Shown here one piece after another: positions 40,663 through 49,973 of a stretch of 64,000 bases of DNA. Position numbers and translations under genes: made by a program. Each line of letters starts with the position of its first letter. Position 1 is the stretch's first letter. This DNA comes from an uncultured virus (IMG/VR IMGVR_UViG_3300023109_000019) (taxonomy: Duplodnaviria; Heunggongvirae; Uroviricota; Caudoviricetes). The notes beneath the pieces were generated by a model that worked only from the letters and a program-made list of their open reading frames with translations, was not told where the DNA came from and ran no database searches. The stretch is taken from the IMG/VR virus record IMGVR_UViG_3300023109_000019. One strand, written 5' to 3'.

Positions 40663-42534
40663 TTAACTCTCGAGTTTAAGTGCGTCGATTGTGACAGTAA
40701 CCGTACCTGTAGATCCTGAGTTATTTTGAACTGCTACAGGAACTGTTGTTTCTGAATTATCAAGCCAACCGATAATTGCTGGTGTCATTTTAAATACTTG
40801 AGTACCAGCAGTTGTTGAGATAATCTCAGCAATAACTCCTGAACCATCTGCAGGATCTGTTCCTTGTGATCGAGTTGCATCTGCTGTTCTTGCTGCTGTA
40901 TCAGAATATATTCTTACCCAACATTGCTTATCTACTGTAATCTTTTGTAATCCAAATGATTTGCCTAATGTCGAATATGATACATCAGCCGAGGCACCGT
41001 TTGAAATTGAAGATGTAGTTTCTGCTTCCGATACTCTTGATGCACCTGCACCACCTGCAGAAGGATCGGCAATTACAATATCGCCAATCATCGATGCGTG
41101 CGCAGTACAAATATACTTATATGTACCACTTATAGATCCTGGAACTTTCCAATATAATGTACCACTTGTTTTTCCTTGAGCACTTGAACCAGTTGTTCTT
41201 GTACCGTCAGCAGCAATATGGATAAGACCTGTACCGTATGCAGTACTTGCGTCTGAACGAATTTCAAACGGATGAGAAGCAGTAACACTTGTTAAATCAA
41301 ATGCGATTGTTTCGCCTGCATTAACATATAGCGATGGATTATCAGTTGTCCCATGAATATCAGAACGATATGCAGATGAACCATTAGGTGTCATTACATG
41401 AACTGACGTAGCAGGAACTGCAATATCATGTACATCTAAATCAGCAAGAGCAATTTCAGTTAATGCAGCGAAGGTTGAAGAACCACCTCCGCCACTTGCT
41501 GCAGCCCACTGATAATCAGTACCACTCCATTGTAGGAATTGATTAGCCGAAGCACCAGAAACATTTAAGTGAGTGTCTACTTTTGAATCGGCATATCTAA
41601 TTGAAGATTCAACAGAAGCAACACCTGTGCTTGTTGTAATTGTTGTGCCGTCTGTAATTGCTGAAACAAAATCAGCAACTGTTTCTTTCTTTGAATTACC
41701 TGAGTCATCAGCATCAACGAATGCAATACTATCAGCTGTTTGGTCAATAGCACCAGAAGCCAAACCATTTAGATCTGTACCGCCGCCGCCGCCACCGCCA
41801 CCGCTTGCTGAGATTGTAATTGTATCAGCAGTATTATCTGCGGCAATTGTTACATTAGAACCTGCGACGAAAGTAACTTGAGTTGTTGCACTGTCTGCAC
41901 CAATTGTAGTACCGCCAACAGTCATTTGTGTAAATGTGTTTTGATCTGCAGGTTGAGCAACCCAAGCATAATCAGAACCATCCCAACTTAATACTTCGTT
42001 ATCACTTGCACCACTTGTATTTAAATGTCCATCAACATCGGTGTTTGCGAATGATCCGCCACCGCCTCCACCTGAGCCACCTTCAACCCAACTATAAGAA
42101 CCGTTTGCGCTTGTGCCGAGAACGTAACCATCTACTTCATCATTTGTAATATTGGCCGAATATACAAATGTGTTTAGAGGATCAACATAACTCGCAGGCG
42201 CTCCTGCTGATGTATCTGTTAATACTTTATTCCAAGTACCATGTGCGTAATATAATGCGCCTGTGTCGTGAGCATGTCCAATTGCACCATGATAAGTGGA
42301 TGGACTAACTGCTTCTAACAAAGCCTCCGTATTATATAAGAATGATACTTTATGCGGTTTACCTAATAAATCCAAAGCACCGTTGGTATCAAATAAATCA
42401 ATTGGATTATTTGCATTACCTAATGCTAAGTATACTTCCGTAAAGTTATCGTTTGCTTTATCGAAAGCATTACGTAACGGATCACCTGTCCCGTCATTCG
42501 CAGATGCTCCGATGTTAATTATTTGCTTGGCCAT
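40663..42534 (-). CDS. Baseplate-attached fibre connector (gp9/gp10-like N-terminus) with a cupredoxin-like domain
   Basis: MAKQIINIGASANDGTGDPLRNAFDKANDNFTEVY matches the T4 gp9/gp10 N-terminal motif; HPF...YKYICTAHASMIG is a type-1 copper pattern. Confidence 0.7.
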   Translation of the reverse strand: MAKQIINIGASANDGTGDPLRNAFDKANDNFTEVYLALGNANNPIDLFDTNGALDLLGKPHKVSFLYNTEALLEAVSPSTYHGAIGHAHDTGALYYAHGTWNKVLTDTSAGAPASYVDPLNTFVYSANITNDEVDGYVLGTSANGSYSWVEGGSGGGGGGSFANTDVDGHLNTSGASDNEVLSWDGSDYAWVAQPADQNTFTQMTVGGTTIGADSATTQVTFVAGSNVTIAADNTADTITISASGGGGGGGGTDLNGLASGAIDQTADSIAFVDADDSGNSKKETVADFVSAITDGTTITTSTGVASVESSIRYADSKVDTHLNVSGASANQFLQWSGTDYQWAAASGGGGSSTFAALTEIALADLDVHDIAVPATSVHVMTPNGSSAYRSDIHGTTDNPSLYVNAGETIAFDLTSVTASHPFEIRSDASTAYGTGLIHIAADGTRTTGSSAQGKTSGTLYWKVPGSISGTYKYICTAHASMIGDIVIADPSAGGAGASRVSEAETTSSISNGASADVSYSTLGKSFGLQKITVDKQCWVRIYSDTAARTADATRSQGTDPADGSGVIAEIISTTAGTQVFKMTPAIIGWLDNSETTVPVAVQNNSGSTGTVTVTIDALKLES

Positions 42535-42566
42535 AGCTCTTCTTTCCTAATTTATCTTTAATTAAA

Positions 42567-42574
42567 TATTTATT
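42567..42574 (-). promoter_or_regulatory. Late promoter variant AATAAATA
   Basis: Intergenic, upstream of the gp9/10-like gene. Confidence 0.5.
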
Positions 42575-42575
42575 G

Positions 42576-45500
42576 TTAATATGTTGTGTCGAAATCATTC
42601 TCAAAGTATTTGTTGATTAGTCTTCGCATATCCGCAGTTACTGTGTGACCTGCTTGATCTCTCATCCATACTACTTTACCGTAATCACTAATCCTACTAT
42701 TTGCGCCGTATGCGAAACCGCCTGTTAATTGGAACCCAGTATAATTAGTTGCTTGCGCGAATCTATAAGACGAATCATTTGCACTTAAGAACGTTGGGCT
42801 GTTGGCAATAATATTACTTCCACCACCAACGAACGGTACAGTAAAGTCTTGCATTCCGTTAAGTTGTAATATTCTTCTTTGTGGTATTGGGTTTCTAAAC
42901 TGATCATATCCATCGTTAGGATAGTTATCACCTGTTTCCAATTCATTAGAAGGATAATAGAATCTGCTGTCTCTATATTGATCTGTATTCGTTTGAGATA
43001 TTAAACAAGCAATTACATCAACACTCAGATCTCTTATTTCAATTGCTGCTCTCAGCGCAAGAGCACCACCGTTTGATTGTCCTAGAATACGAATCTTGGT
43101 TTCATCAACGTTATTATATATTTTCAGCTTGGCAATCATTTCTACTATCATATCAATGTCAGGACCATTACTGATTTCCATTGAAACGTTCCAAGAATTA
43201 ACAAATCCTTGTATACCAATTAATATATGTCCTGGTAAATCATCTTTCCATGAGTTAACCATTCCCTCACCAGTTCCACCATTACCATGTAATAAGATCG
43301 CAACTGGGTAAGGACCTGTTCCTGTAGTTGGCATTCCAACAGTAACTTCGTAATCATGGAATCCTTGATCCCATTGTCTTGTAATTGTTAGATCACCCGC
43401 TGAACCTTCAACTAATGTTAATCCACCTGTTCCTCCAGGAATATGGTCGGCAGCAACAAATGTACTATCAGAAGTATAGTTGGTAACGGAAGCTCTTAAG
43501 TTCTCGATGTCTGCTTGGTCGAATGGAGAACCTTGACCTTGGTCGTTGAACTTTCTTAAGAATCTTTGTTTAATAGATCCGCCTGCATAGGCTTTAAATA
43601 TAAAGTCACCAAATAGTTTTGAACCTGCTAGGTGAACATTCTCTCTTAATAGTTTTTCATATTCTTGTAAAGGTAACGTTGATTTAATTTGATATGAATA
43701 CTCTTGATAGAAATCACTATCTTGTATTCTCATTCCGGAATCAATATATTCTTGTTCGTATGTTGTTACCGTATCATCAATAGTGTACACTATAAGATCT
43801 TGTGTAGGATACCAGAATTGAGTCTTCAAAGAAGGAACAACAATATCAGTCCATCTTTGTTTAATTGAATCTGCAGCAGTTCCATCTTTGATTTGGTTTA
43901 ACCATATACCAGTTGCAGCAGTTAGTGCCAATCCTTGTTTACTTAAATCATATATTGGATATCCATCCGAAGCCGTACTTCTTAACCAAGGTTCAACACC
44001 ATCACTAAGACCAGCGACAGAAGTTGTAGGATCAGCTCCAAATACCATCAATGTTGCTGCGTATGCCAAGCTGCCTGTTGGAAGTAAAATATCAACAGTT
44101 GTAGAACTTAATTGTTTGTAACCACTTAAGTGAGAATTTTGTCCTGCCCAATAACCTGCAGTGCTTCCTTGATTTTCAGCTTGAATAAATCCTTCTACGA
44201 TTGTGTTTCCATCTGAATCTCTTAATTGACCTTTGCCTTGTTGAAACTCTAAGGTGTCGTAATTAACTAATACTGGGTCGTACCCAACATATCCAAATCC
44301 TGAATTAACAATAGTAACTTCTTCAACCTTTCCTACAGCAAATTCTGTTGTAGCTTGCATGATTGCGTTATCACCAAATCTTTTGTAATCTTCAAAGTCA
44401 TCTTGAATAATAGCAACATTGAAATCATTACCTGGTGCGTTAACTAATAAAATATCTTCGTCTGAATTAAGTCCATAATAATTAAATGGTACAACCGTTA
44501 TAAATCCGGCTGATTGGTTAATATCTTGAATTACTCCAATCACATTAGAAGTAGTACCTTGTATTCTATCACCTATTGAGAAACTACCTGCGTCACCCGC
44601 ATCTGAGAATAATATTTTTTGATTCTTACGATCGAGATTTTTAATTAGAGAATCTTGAGGAAGAGCAAATACATCGTTCTTATAATTTGATCCTGGGTTA
44701 AGATTCTCAAACGAATTAATTCTTCCGATTGTTAAATCTTGAATATCAAAAGCTTCATCTAATGGAGTTGATATAAGAACAGGTGATGCCGTACCTGACA
44801 TTGGAGTAGTTGCTCCATAATCCGCTGCATCAAGTGTAATATTTAAATAAGGAGTGATTGGATCTGTAATAACAGAAGCAACCGAAGTATCTGTTAAACT
44901 CCCAATCTTTACATCGTTAGCGCTTCCTGTATCGGCAAACTGTAAACCGGGTGAAGTGGCATTAAGTCCTGTAAGCTGATTTTCAACATCAGAGAGATCA
45001 ATTGTTAAACCTGAAGTTGCAGACGTAACGATACTTAGATCTTGCATCTCCTGACCTGCTGTCATTTTAAAACCAAGAACACTTTCGTTCTGTCCAACGA
45101 CAGTACCTATATTACCAAATGCATCTGATATTGATTCTCCAATAATAAATTGCTGATCGTATCCTGTCTCTCCATTATTTAAAATAATAGATTGGTCAGA
45201 AACAATTAGTCTTGTGTTGGCTATTGTGTAACCATAACCACCATCTTTTAAATCGTATTGAACTTCTCCTGAGACATCAGTTGAAACTTTAGTAACAATT
45301 GCGGTACCTGCGTAAGCGTTCTTTTGTCTTACTTCAAATACTTCACCAACCTTTCTTCTTGTTGCCGCATTAGTATCTGTTTCATCAACTGTAAAGGATG
45401 ATAGAGATCCGTTTGCTTTACCAAAACTAACAACCTCTCCATTAATATTAGTAATGATATCTTCGTACTTTTTAAATGTACCTTGAATACCATCGAGATA

Positions 45501-46088
45501 TATGACAGGAGTTTTAACACCATTTAAAACAAAGAAGTTAACTGATCGTACTGAAGCCTTTGCTTTTGTAACCGCACCTTCGATGTTACGTGCTAATAGA
45601 TCATAATATTCGTATTCCTTTCCAGTCTTGGACGTGAATAGATTATTGTTTGGAAACATTTGTAAGTATACACCTTGCTTCCATTCTGAATCAGAAATCT
45701 TTTGCATCTTGGCAGAAGGATACGTGATTTCAATATCAAACTCTTGATAGAATATAGCAAAGAATAATTCAATACCTCGAGCTGTACCTTTTGCACGATA
45801 AAGATCAAGGATATTTTTAATAATGAATTTAATAAGATCTGCTTTGAGAGGAAGATCAGCAAGAAACTTTTTCTTGAAGAGTATAATCATACTCTCTAAT
45901 GTTGTATCTATATCTTTAGTTTCAAATAAACGTCTTGATTGGTATAGATGCTGATTCTCTTGAGTTTCAGACCACTTATAATAGTCCTCTACTAATTGCA
46001 CAAGCTCAGGTCCATCTTCCCTATATATTGCTGGGAATTGGCGCTTAACAAAAAGCGATATGTTTTTTTCTATTTCACCCTGAGGCAT
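42576..46088 (-). CDS. Baseplate wedge gp7-like protein with C-terminal alpha/beta-hydrolase (esterase) domain
   Basis: N-terminal QFPAIYREDGP...LYRAKGT; RIQDSDFYQEYSY...H.AG.KLFG; then LLHGNGG, GQSNGG, GMQDFTVP, AGH. Confidence 0.75.
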   Translation of the reverse strand: MPQGEIEKNISLFVKRQFPAIYREDGPELVQLVEDYYKWSETQENQHLYQSRRLFETKDIDTTLESMIILFKKKFLADLPLKADLIKFIIKNILDLYRAKGTARGIELFFAIFYQEFDIEITYPSAKMQKISDSEWKQGVYLQMFPNNNLFTSKTGKEYEYYDLLARNIEGAVTKAKASVRSVNFFVLNGVKTPVIYLDGIQGTFKKYEDIITNINGEVVSFGKANGSLSSFTVDETDTNAATRRKVGEVFEVRQKNAYAGTAIVTKVSTDVSGEVQYDLKDGGYGYTIANTRLIVSDQSIILNNGETGYDQQFIIGESISDAFGNIGTVVGQNESVLGFKMTAGQEMQDLSIVTSATSGLTIDLSDVENQLTGLNATSPGLQFADTGSANDVKIGSLTDTSVASVITDPITPYLNITLDAADYGATTPMSGTASPVLISTPLDEAFDIQDLTIGRINSFENLNPGSNYKNDVFALPQDSLIKNLDRKNQKILFSDAGDAGSFSIGDRIQGTTSNVIGVIQDINQSAGFITVVPFNYYGLNSDEDILLVNAPGNDFNVAIIQDDFEDYKRFGDNAIMQATTEFAVGKVEEVTIVNSGFGYVGYDPVLVNYDTLEFQQGKGQLRDSDGNTIVEGFIQAENQGSTAGYWAGQNSHLSGYKQLSSTTVDILLPTGSLAYAATLMVFGADPTTSVAGLSDGVEPWLRSTASDGYPIYDLSKQGLALTAATGIWLNQIKDGTAADSIKQRWTDIVVPSLKTQFWYPTQDLIVYTIDDTVTTYEQEYIDSGMRIQDSDFYQEYSYQIKSTLPLQEYEKLLRENVHLAGSKLFGDFIFKAYAGGSIKQRFLRKFNDQGQGSPFDQADIENLRASVTNYTSDSTFVAADHIPGGTGGLTLVEGSAGDLTITRQWDQGFHDYEVTVGMPTTGTGPYPVAILLHGNGGTGEGMVNSWKDDLPGHILIGIQGFVNSWNVSMEISNGPDIDMIVEMIAKLKIYNNVDETKIRILGQSNGGALALRAAIEIRDLSVDVIACLISQTNTDQYRDSRFYYPSNELETGDNYPNDGYDQFRNPIPQRRILQLNGMQDFTVPFVGGGSNIIANSPTFLSANDSSYRFAQATNYTGFQLTGGFAYGANSRISDYGKVVWMRDQAGHTVTADMRRLINKYFENDFDTTY

Positions 46089-46103
46089 TATTGTTCTCTC
46101 TTA

Positions 46104-47987
46104 TTAATAAGCTGAGCCAGATCCTGTTGACGTCAATGTATTTGAAGTAGAGGCCGCGGCTTGCGATGCAGTTGCTCTTCCTCCAGATTCAACCAGGTCC
46201 ATAACTATTTTAATATCTGTGTCTCTCAATATAAAGACTCTTCCCTGTGGGGCTTTAATATCATTTTCGATTGTCTTTGCAGTTATCTTAATTGCTGAAC
46301 CATTGAACGCTTCTACTTTAAAGTTTGTTAATTTAACTTCACCTTTAACGTAATCAACTGTTCCTGCGGTAGGATTAATAATTTGTGGATTAGTAACGTC
46401 ATCTGTTATTATCATAATGTTTCCGTTACCATCATCTTGTAAGAATACACAAAGTCCATCAATATCAAACGGAGATGATTTAATCGCAGGCTTATAATTC
46501 GCAAAACCGTTTGCTGCTTTATAAGCGTATGGTCTAACTAAGACACTCTCAAATCTGAATGTCGGGTTAGTGTTAAAATTAAGTGGCGGTGAATATTCAA
46601 TAATAGGAACAGCATGAATTTCATTACTTAATATACCTGTATCTAATGCATCAATGATTCCTGATAGTTTAGATGATCTTAAAGTTTTATCAAAAGATTC
46701 TAAGTTGTCATCTGAATATTTTTGTATTGCTGATCGTACAAGTAATTCTAAATCAGAAGCAGATTTCTCTGTATTCTTTTTACTGTAATTTACACTTACT
46801 TCCATATCAGCATAAACGAATTCAGTTTGTTTAAAGATTGGTTCAATACCTAATGGAGCTCTTTCTTTTAAATAAGCAATATATGAATTAGATAATGTTG
46901 AGGATATGATTCTTGTATTGTCATTTAGAAATACTGAAATCGCAACTCGACCAAATTGAGGTGGATCTAATTGTTCACCACCGTAAGCAGAGACCGCTGT
47001 AATTTCAGGGAATGCTTGTTGTAATAATATTTCGTAATCTTTTGTTGTGACTGCTCGTTCTTGAACTTGTAATGCCTTAGGAGCAAAGTAACGAATGCTT
47101 TCCATTGATTCACGTTCTTGTCCACCTGTTGCCGCAGCAACGACAGTAGCAGAGACGGTTCCGTTTTCACCAATAAATGTTTGACCAAAAGTATCTGCTC
47201 CATTTGGTTCTTCTCCTGAACAGATTCTATAACGTACTCTTACATCTTCAAACTCTTGAGGTTGTAAACCAAATTGATTCTTACCAAAGTAAATAGAATA
47301 CTTTTCATCAAGATAAGGTTCAAGATAGAATACTTTATCTAATGGTTTAACACCATAAATTGTATTGGCTCTTTGGAATACGTTTGCATCGTCAGTTGCT
47401 TCTGCATCAACAAATACAACAATTGAATTTGTGTCTACTTCATTGTTTGTAAGGTATACTCTAAGTACACCATCCGCATCAACAATAAATCCTTCTCTTT
47501 GGAAACTTGTTAACATTTCTCCTTCAAACATTTCTACATCTTGTACTTCAAATACACCAGGAGCTGTTCTTCTTGCTGTATATGATTGTTCTGTTACAAA
47601 GTTATATGATTCACCTTGATAATTAGCAGATAAAGCAAAGTACTGAGGAATTGAGATTGTTGAATCTTGCGTGACTGTATCTTCAATTCTTAAATTAACA
47701 ATTGCTTTAGAAGATTTACGTGAACGAGGAATATAGTTTAATTCTTTAGCATGAGAAACGATAGAGTTCTTAAGGACGGCAGAGTCAAGAAACATTTCGT
47801 TGAGAGCCATGTTCGTATAGAAGTTATTATTGTAACTATTAAAAGCAAGTACATCAAGTAAAGCAGACAGGTTAGAACCTTCAAAGTTGTAGTCCTTGAA
47901 TTGTGTTTGCGTTTGAAGATATACCTTAAACTGATCTTTGATTCTTTCGAAATCTAATTCAGTAATTGGTGTTTTTGGATTTGCCAT
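46104..47987 (-). CDS. gp6: Baseplate wedge subunit gp6
   Basis: ELDFERIK...FKDYNFEGSNLSALLDVLA; ES..SIRYFAP...Q.RAVT..DY; GTVDY..G. Confidence 0.92.
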   Translation of the reverse strand: MANPKTPITELDFERIKDQFKVYLQTQTQFKDYNFEGSNLSALLDVLAFNSYNNNFYTNMALNEMFLDSAVLKNSIVSHAKELNYIPRSRKSSKAIVNLRIEDTVTQDSTISIPQYFALSANYQGESYNFVTEQSYTARRTAPGVFEVQDVEMFEGEMLTSFQREGFIVDADGVLRVYLTNNEVDTNSIVVFVDAEATDDANVFQRANTIYGVKPLDKVFYLEPYLDEKYSIYFGKNQFGLQPQEFEDVRVRYRICSGEEPNGADTFGQTFIGENGTVSATVVAAATGGQERESMESIRYFAPKALQVQERAVTTKDYEILLQQAFPEITAVSAYGGEQLDPPQFGRVAISVFLNDNTRIISSTLSNSYIAYLKERAPLGIEPIFKQTEFVYADMEVSVNYSKKNTEKSASDLELLVRSAIQKYSDDNLESFDKTLRSSKLSGIIDALDTGILSNEIHAVPIIEYSPPLNFNTNPTFRFESVLVRPYAYKAANGFANYKPAIKSSPFDIDGLCVFLQDDGNGNIMIITDDVTNPQIINPTAGTVDYVKGEVKLTNFKVEAFNGSAIKITAKTIENDIKAPQGRVFILRDTDIKIVMDLVESGGRATASQAAASTSNTLTSTGSGSAY

Positions 47988-47989
47988 CT

Positions 47990-48409
47990 CTATCTATTCC
48001 TTTTTAATATAACATCTAATGAAATTGGTTGTTGCTCGTTACGAACATAAAAAGTAATTTTAACATTAACGATTCCTGCGTCGAGATCTCCCGAAACAAA
48101 TACGTCAATTAAACTTGCTCTTGGTTCGTAAGTCGTAATTGTAGATGTTACTCTGTCTTTAATTAGTTTGAGCGTTCCTGGTGTTAGATTCTCAAAAAGC
48201 ATATCACGAATATTGCCACCTAAGTATGGTTGCATTGGTCGTTCACCACGATCGGTTAATATAAGATTTTTAATTGCGTCTTTAACTGCTGTCTCATCTT
48301 TTTGTAATGCAATATCTTTTGACACAGGACTAATACGAAGATCCTTATGGAAGTCCGTATAAAGATTTACCTTTTTCTTTTTAGGCGATAAGTACTCTGC
48401 TATTGACAT
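47990..48409 (-). CDS. gp25: Baseplate wedge subunit gp25
   Basis: AVKDAIKNLILT.RGERP.QP..G...LFE...YEPRA. Confidence 0.92.
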   Translation of the reverse strand: MSIAEYLSPKKKKVNLYTDFHKDLRISPVSKDIALQKDETAVKDAIKNLILTDRGERPMQPYLGGNIRDMLFENLTPGTLKLIKDRVTSTITTYEPRASLIDVFVSGDLDAGIVNVKITFYVRNEQQPISLDVILKRNR

Positions 48410-49972
48410 TTATAATATTTCTCTTAAATCTAAATGAATGAAATCATCGTATTCTTTAACGTATTTAAATCCTGTAGTAAACGCGTCTTCTAAAAACTTT
48501 GGAACGTCAGCCATATCCTTTTTAATATCAACTACCATTCCACTTAAATGGGAATTGTCTTCTGCCCATTTTTGTTCTGTGTTATAAGCTTTACTTACCC
48601 AACCATTTGTTATGATAAGTTTACTGCCTGTTAATAACTTTAATCTTTTAAGATATACTTTAACATCAAGATCGACTCTTGTATATCCATATATTCCAAC
48701 ACCTTCTTTTGCATCAAAGTGGTTAATACTTCCACTTGGACCCAAACCTATATCTGAGTCTGCGCCTGCGAATACATTACCACACCTTGGCAGATCTCTA
48801 TAATCCGCAGCAGTAATAGGGGCGATGTTTTTTGGTGGCTCACCTGTGTTAGTTATTGCATCTCCACCAGCCAAAGTCCATCTACCTTCTAATCTATTTA
48901 TTACCTCTTTCCTAGTTGTTGGAGAATACCGTATAGCTCCTGCTTTGATTGCCGAAGATTCGTTGATCCTTGAAATCGTTTTAAGCCTGTTTACGATGGT
49001 TGTATATCGGTTGGTATAATCGCTCAACGGTTTATTAATGTCCCTTATTAAAGCCTCTACATTCGCTGCAAGTGCACAAACACGAGCAATAAGGAACTGA
49101 ATCTCTTCGATACCAGGACTCTCGAATAAACTTTTTGCGTAATCAATCAGCCCACCAACTTTATCTGTAATACCTTTCTTATTCTCTTCGGTAAAGAACG
49201 CACAGGTCTGTTCTCGTACTGTCATAATACCTTTTACAACTTTAGCATCTACAAATGTTTCAAAGCCTTCTGTAATAGCAGCAGGATCGAAATTATCAAC
49301 CATATCTTGTACTTCTGCAAAGACTTGGTTAATTACGGCTTTAACCTTTTTCTTAATTTCTTTAATTAGTTTATCAATGATTTCTTGAACAGTAAGATCT
49401 TTAATTCCATCGTATCCTCTACTGATCTTATCAGCAATTGCTAAAGCATCTGTAATTAGACCATCTACAACTCCAATTAAATCAAAGAACGCATCAATAG
49501 AAGAAAAGATAGAATCAAACCTATCGCAGAATCCACCTAATAAACTTGTACTGAAATCGTTTTTATAATAAGAATCTAAATTCCTTGCCAATCTCTGATA
49601 ATCATTTTCATTCATTAAACCTTGAGGAGTATAATTATATCTCTGAATAAAGTCAGCAGTTTCAAGTTGAGAAATATTTCCTCGGTCCCATCTTCCTTGA
49701 AGGTCAGGGTAACCACCAAGATCTCCTATACTCTGACGAAGCAATCCATTTAAGTAATTATTTGATAAACCTAAATCATCTCCGTATAAACTTGTTGCTT
49801 TTGTTAATGGGTTTAATTCTGCATCATTAGCAATACTATCCGCAACTTGTTGAGTTACTGCATCAATTTGAGAAAGAGTATATCTTCCTTTTAGATCTGT
49901 AACGTTTACAGGTTTTAACGATAACTTATTTAGTGTAACTTGATCATTAGGATCTATACATACGCCTGCCAT
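48410..49972 (-). CDS. Helical protein with C-terminal peptidase M15-like (Zn DD-peptidase/Hedgehog fold) domain
   Basis: IITNGW...YN...SHLSGMVVD...FIHLD gives His/Asp/His ligands; lies between gp5 and gp25. Confidence 0.65.
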   Translation of the reverse strand: MAGVCIDPNDQVTLNKLSLKPVNVTDLKGRYTLSQIDAVTQQVADSIANDAELNPLTKATSLYGDDLGLSNNYLNGLLRQSIGDLGGYPDLQGRWDRGNISQLETADFIQRYNYTPQGLMNENDYQRLARNLDSYYKNDFSTSLLGGFCDRFDSIFSSIDAFFDLIGVVDGLITDALAIADKISRGYDGIKDLTVQEIIDKLIKEIKKKVKAVINQVFAEVQDMVDNFDPAAITEGFETFVDAKVVKGIMTVREQTCAFFTEENKKGITDKVGGLIDYAKSLFESPGIEEIQFLIARVCALAANVEALIRDINKPLSDYTNRYTTIVNRLKTISRINESSAIKAGAIRYSPTTRKEVINRLEGRWTLAGGDAITNTGEPPKNIAPITAADYRDLPRCGNVFAGADSDIGLGPSGSINHFDAKEGVGIYGYTRVDLDVKVYLKRLKLLTGSKLIITNGWVSKAYNTEQKWAEDNSHLSGMVVDIKKDMADVPKFLEDAFTTGFKYVKEYDDFIHLDLREIL

Positions 49973-49973
49973 T

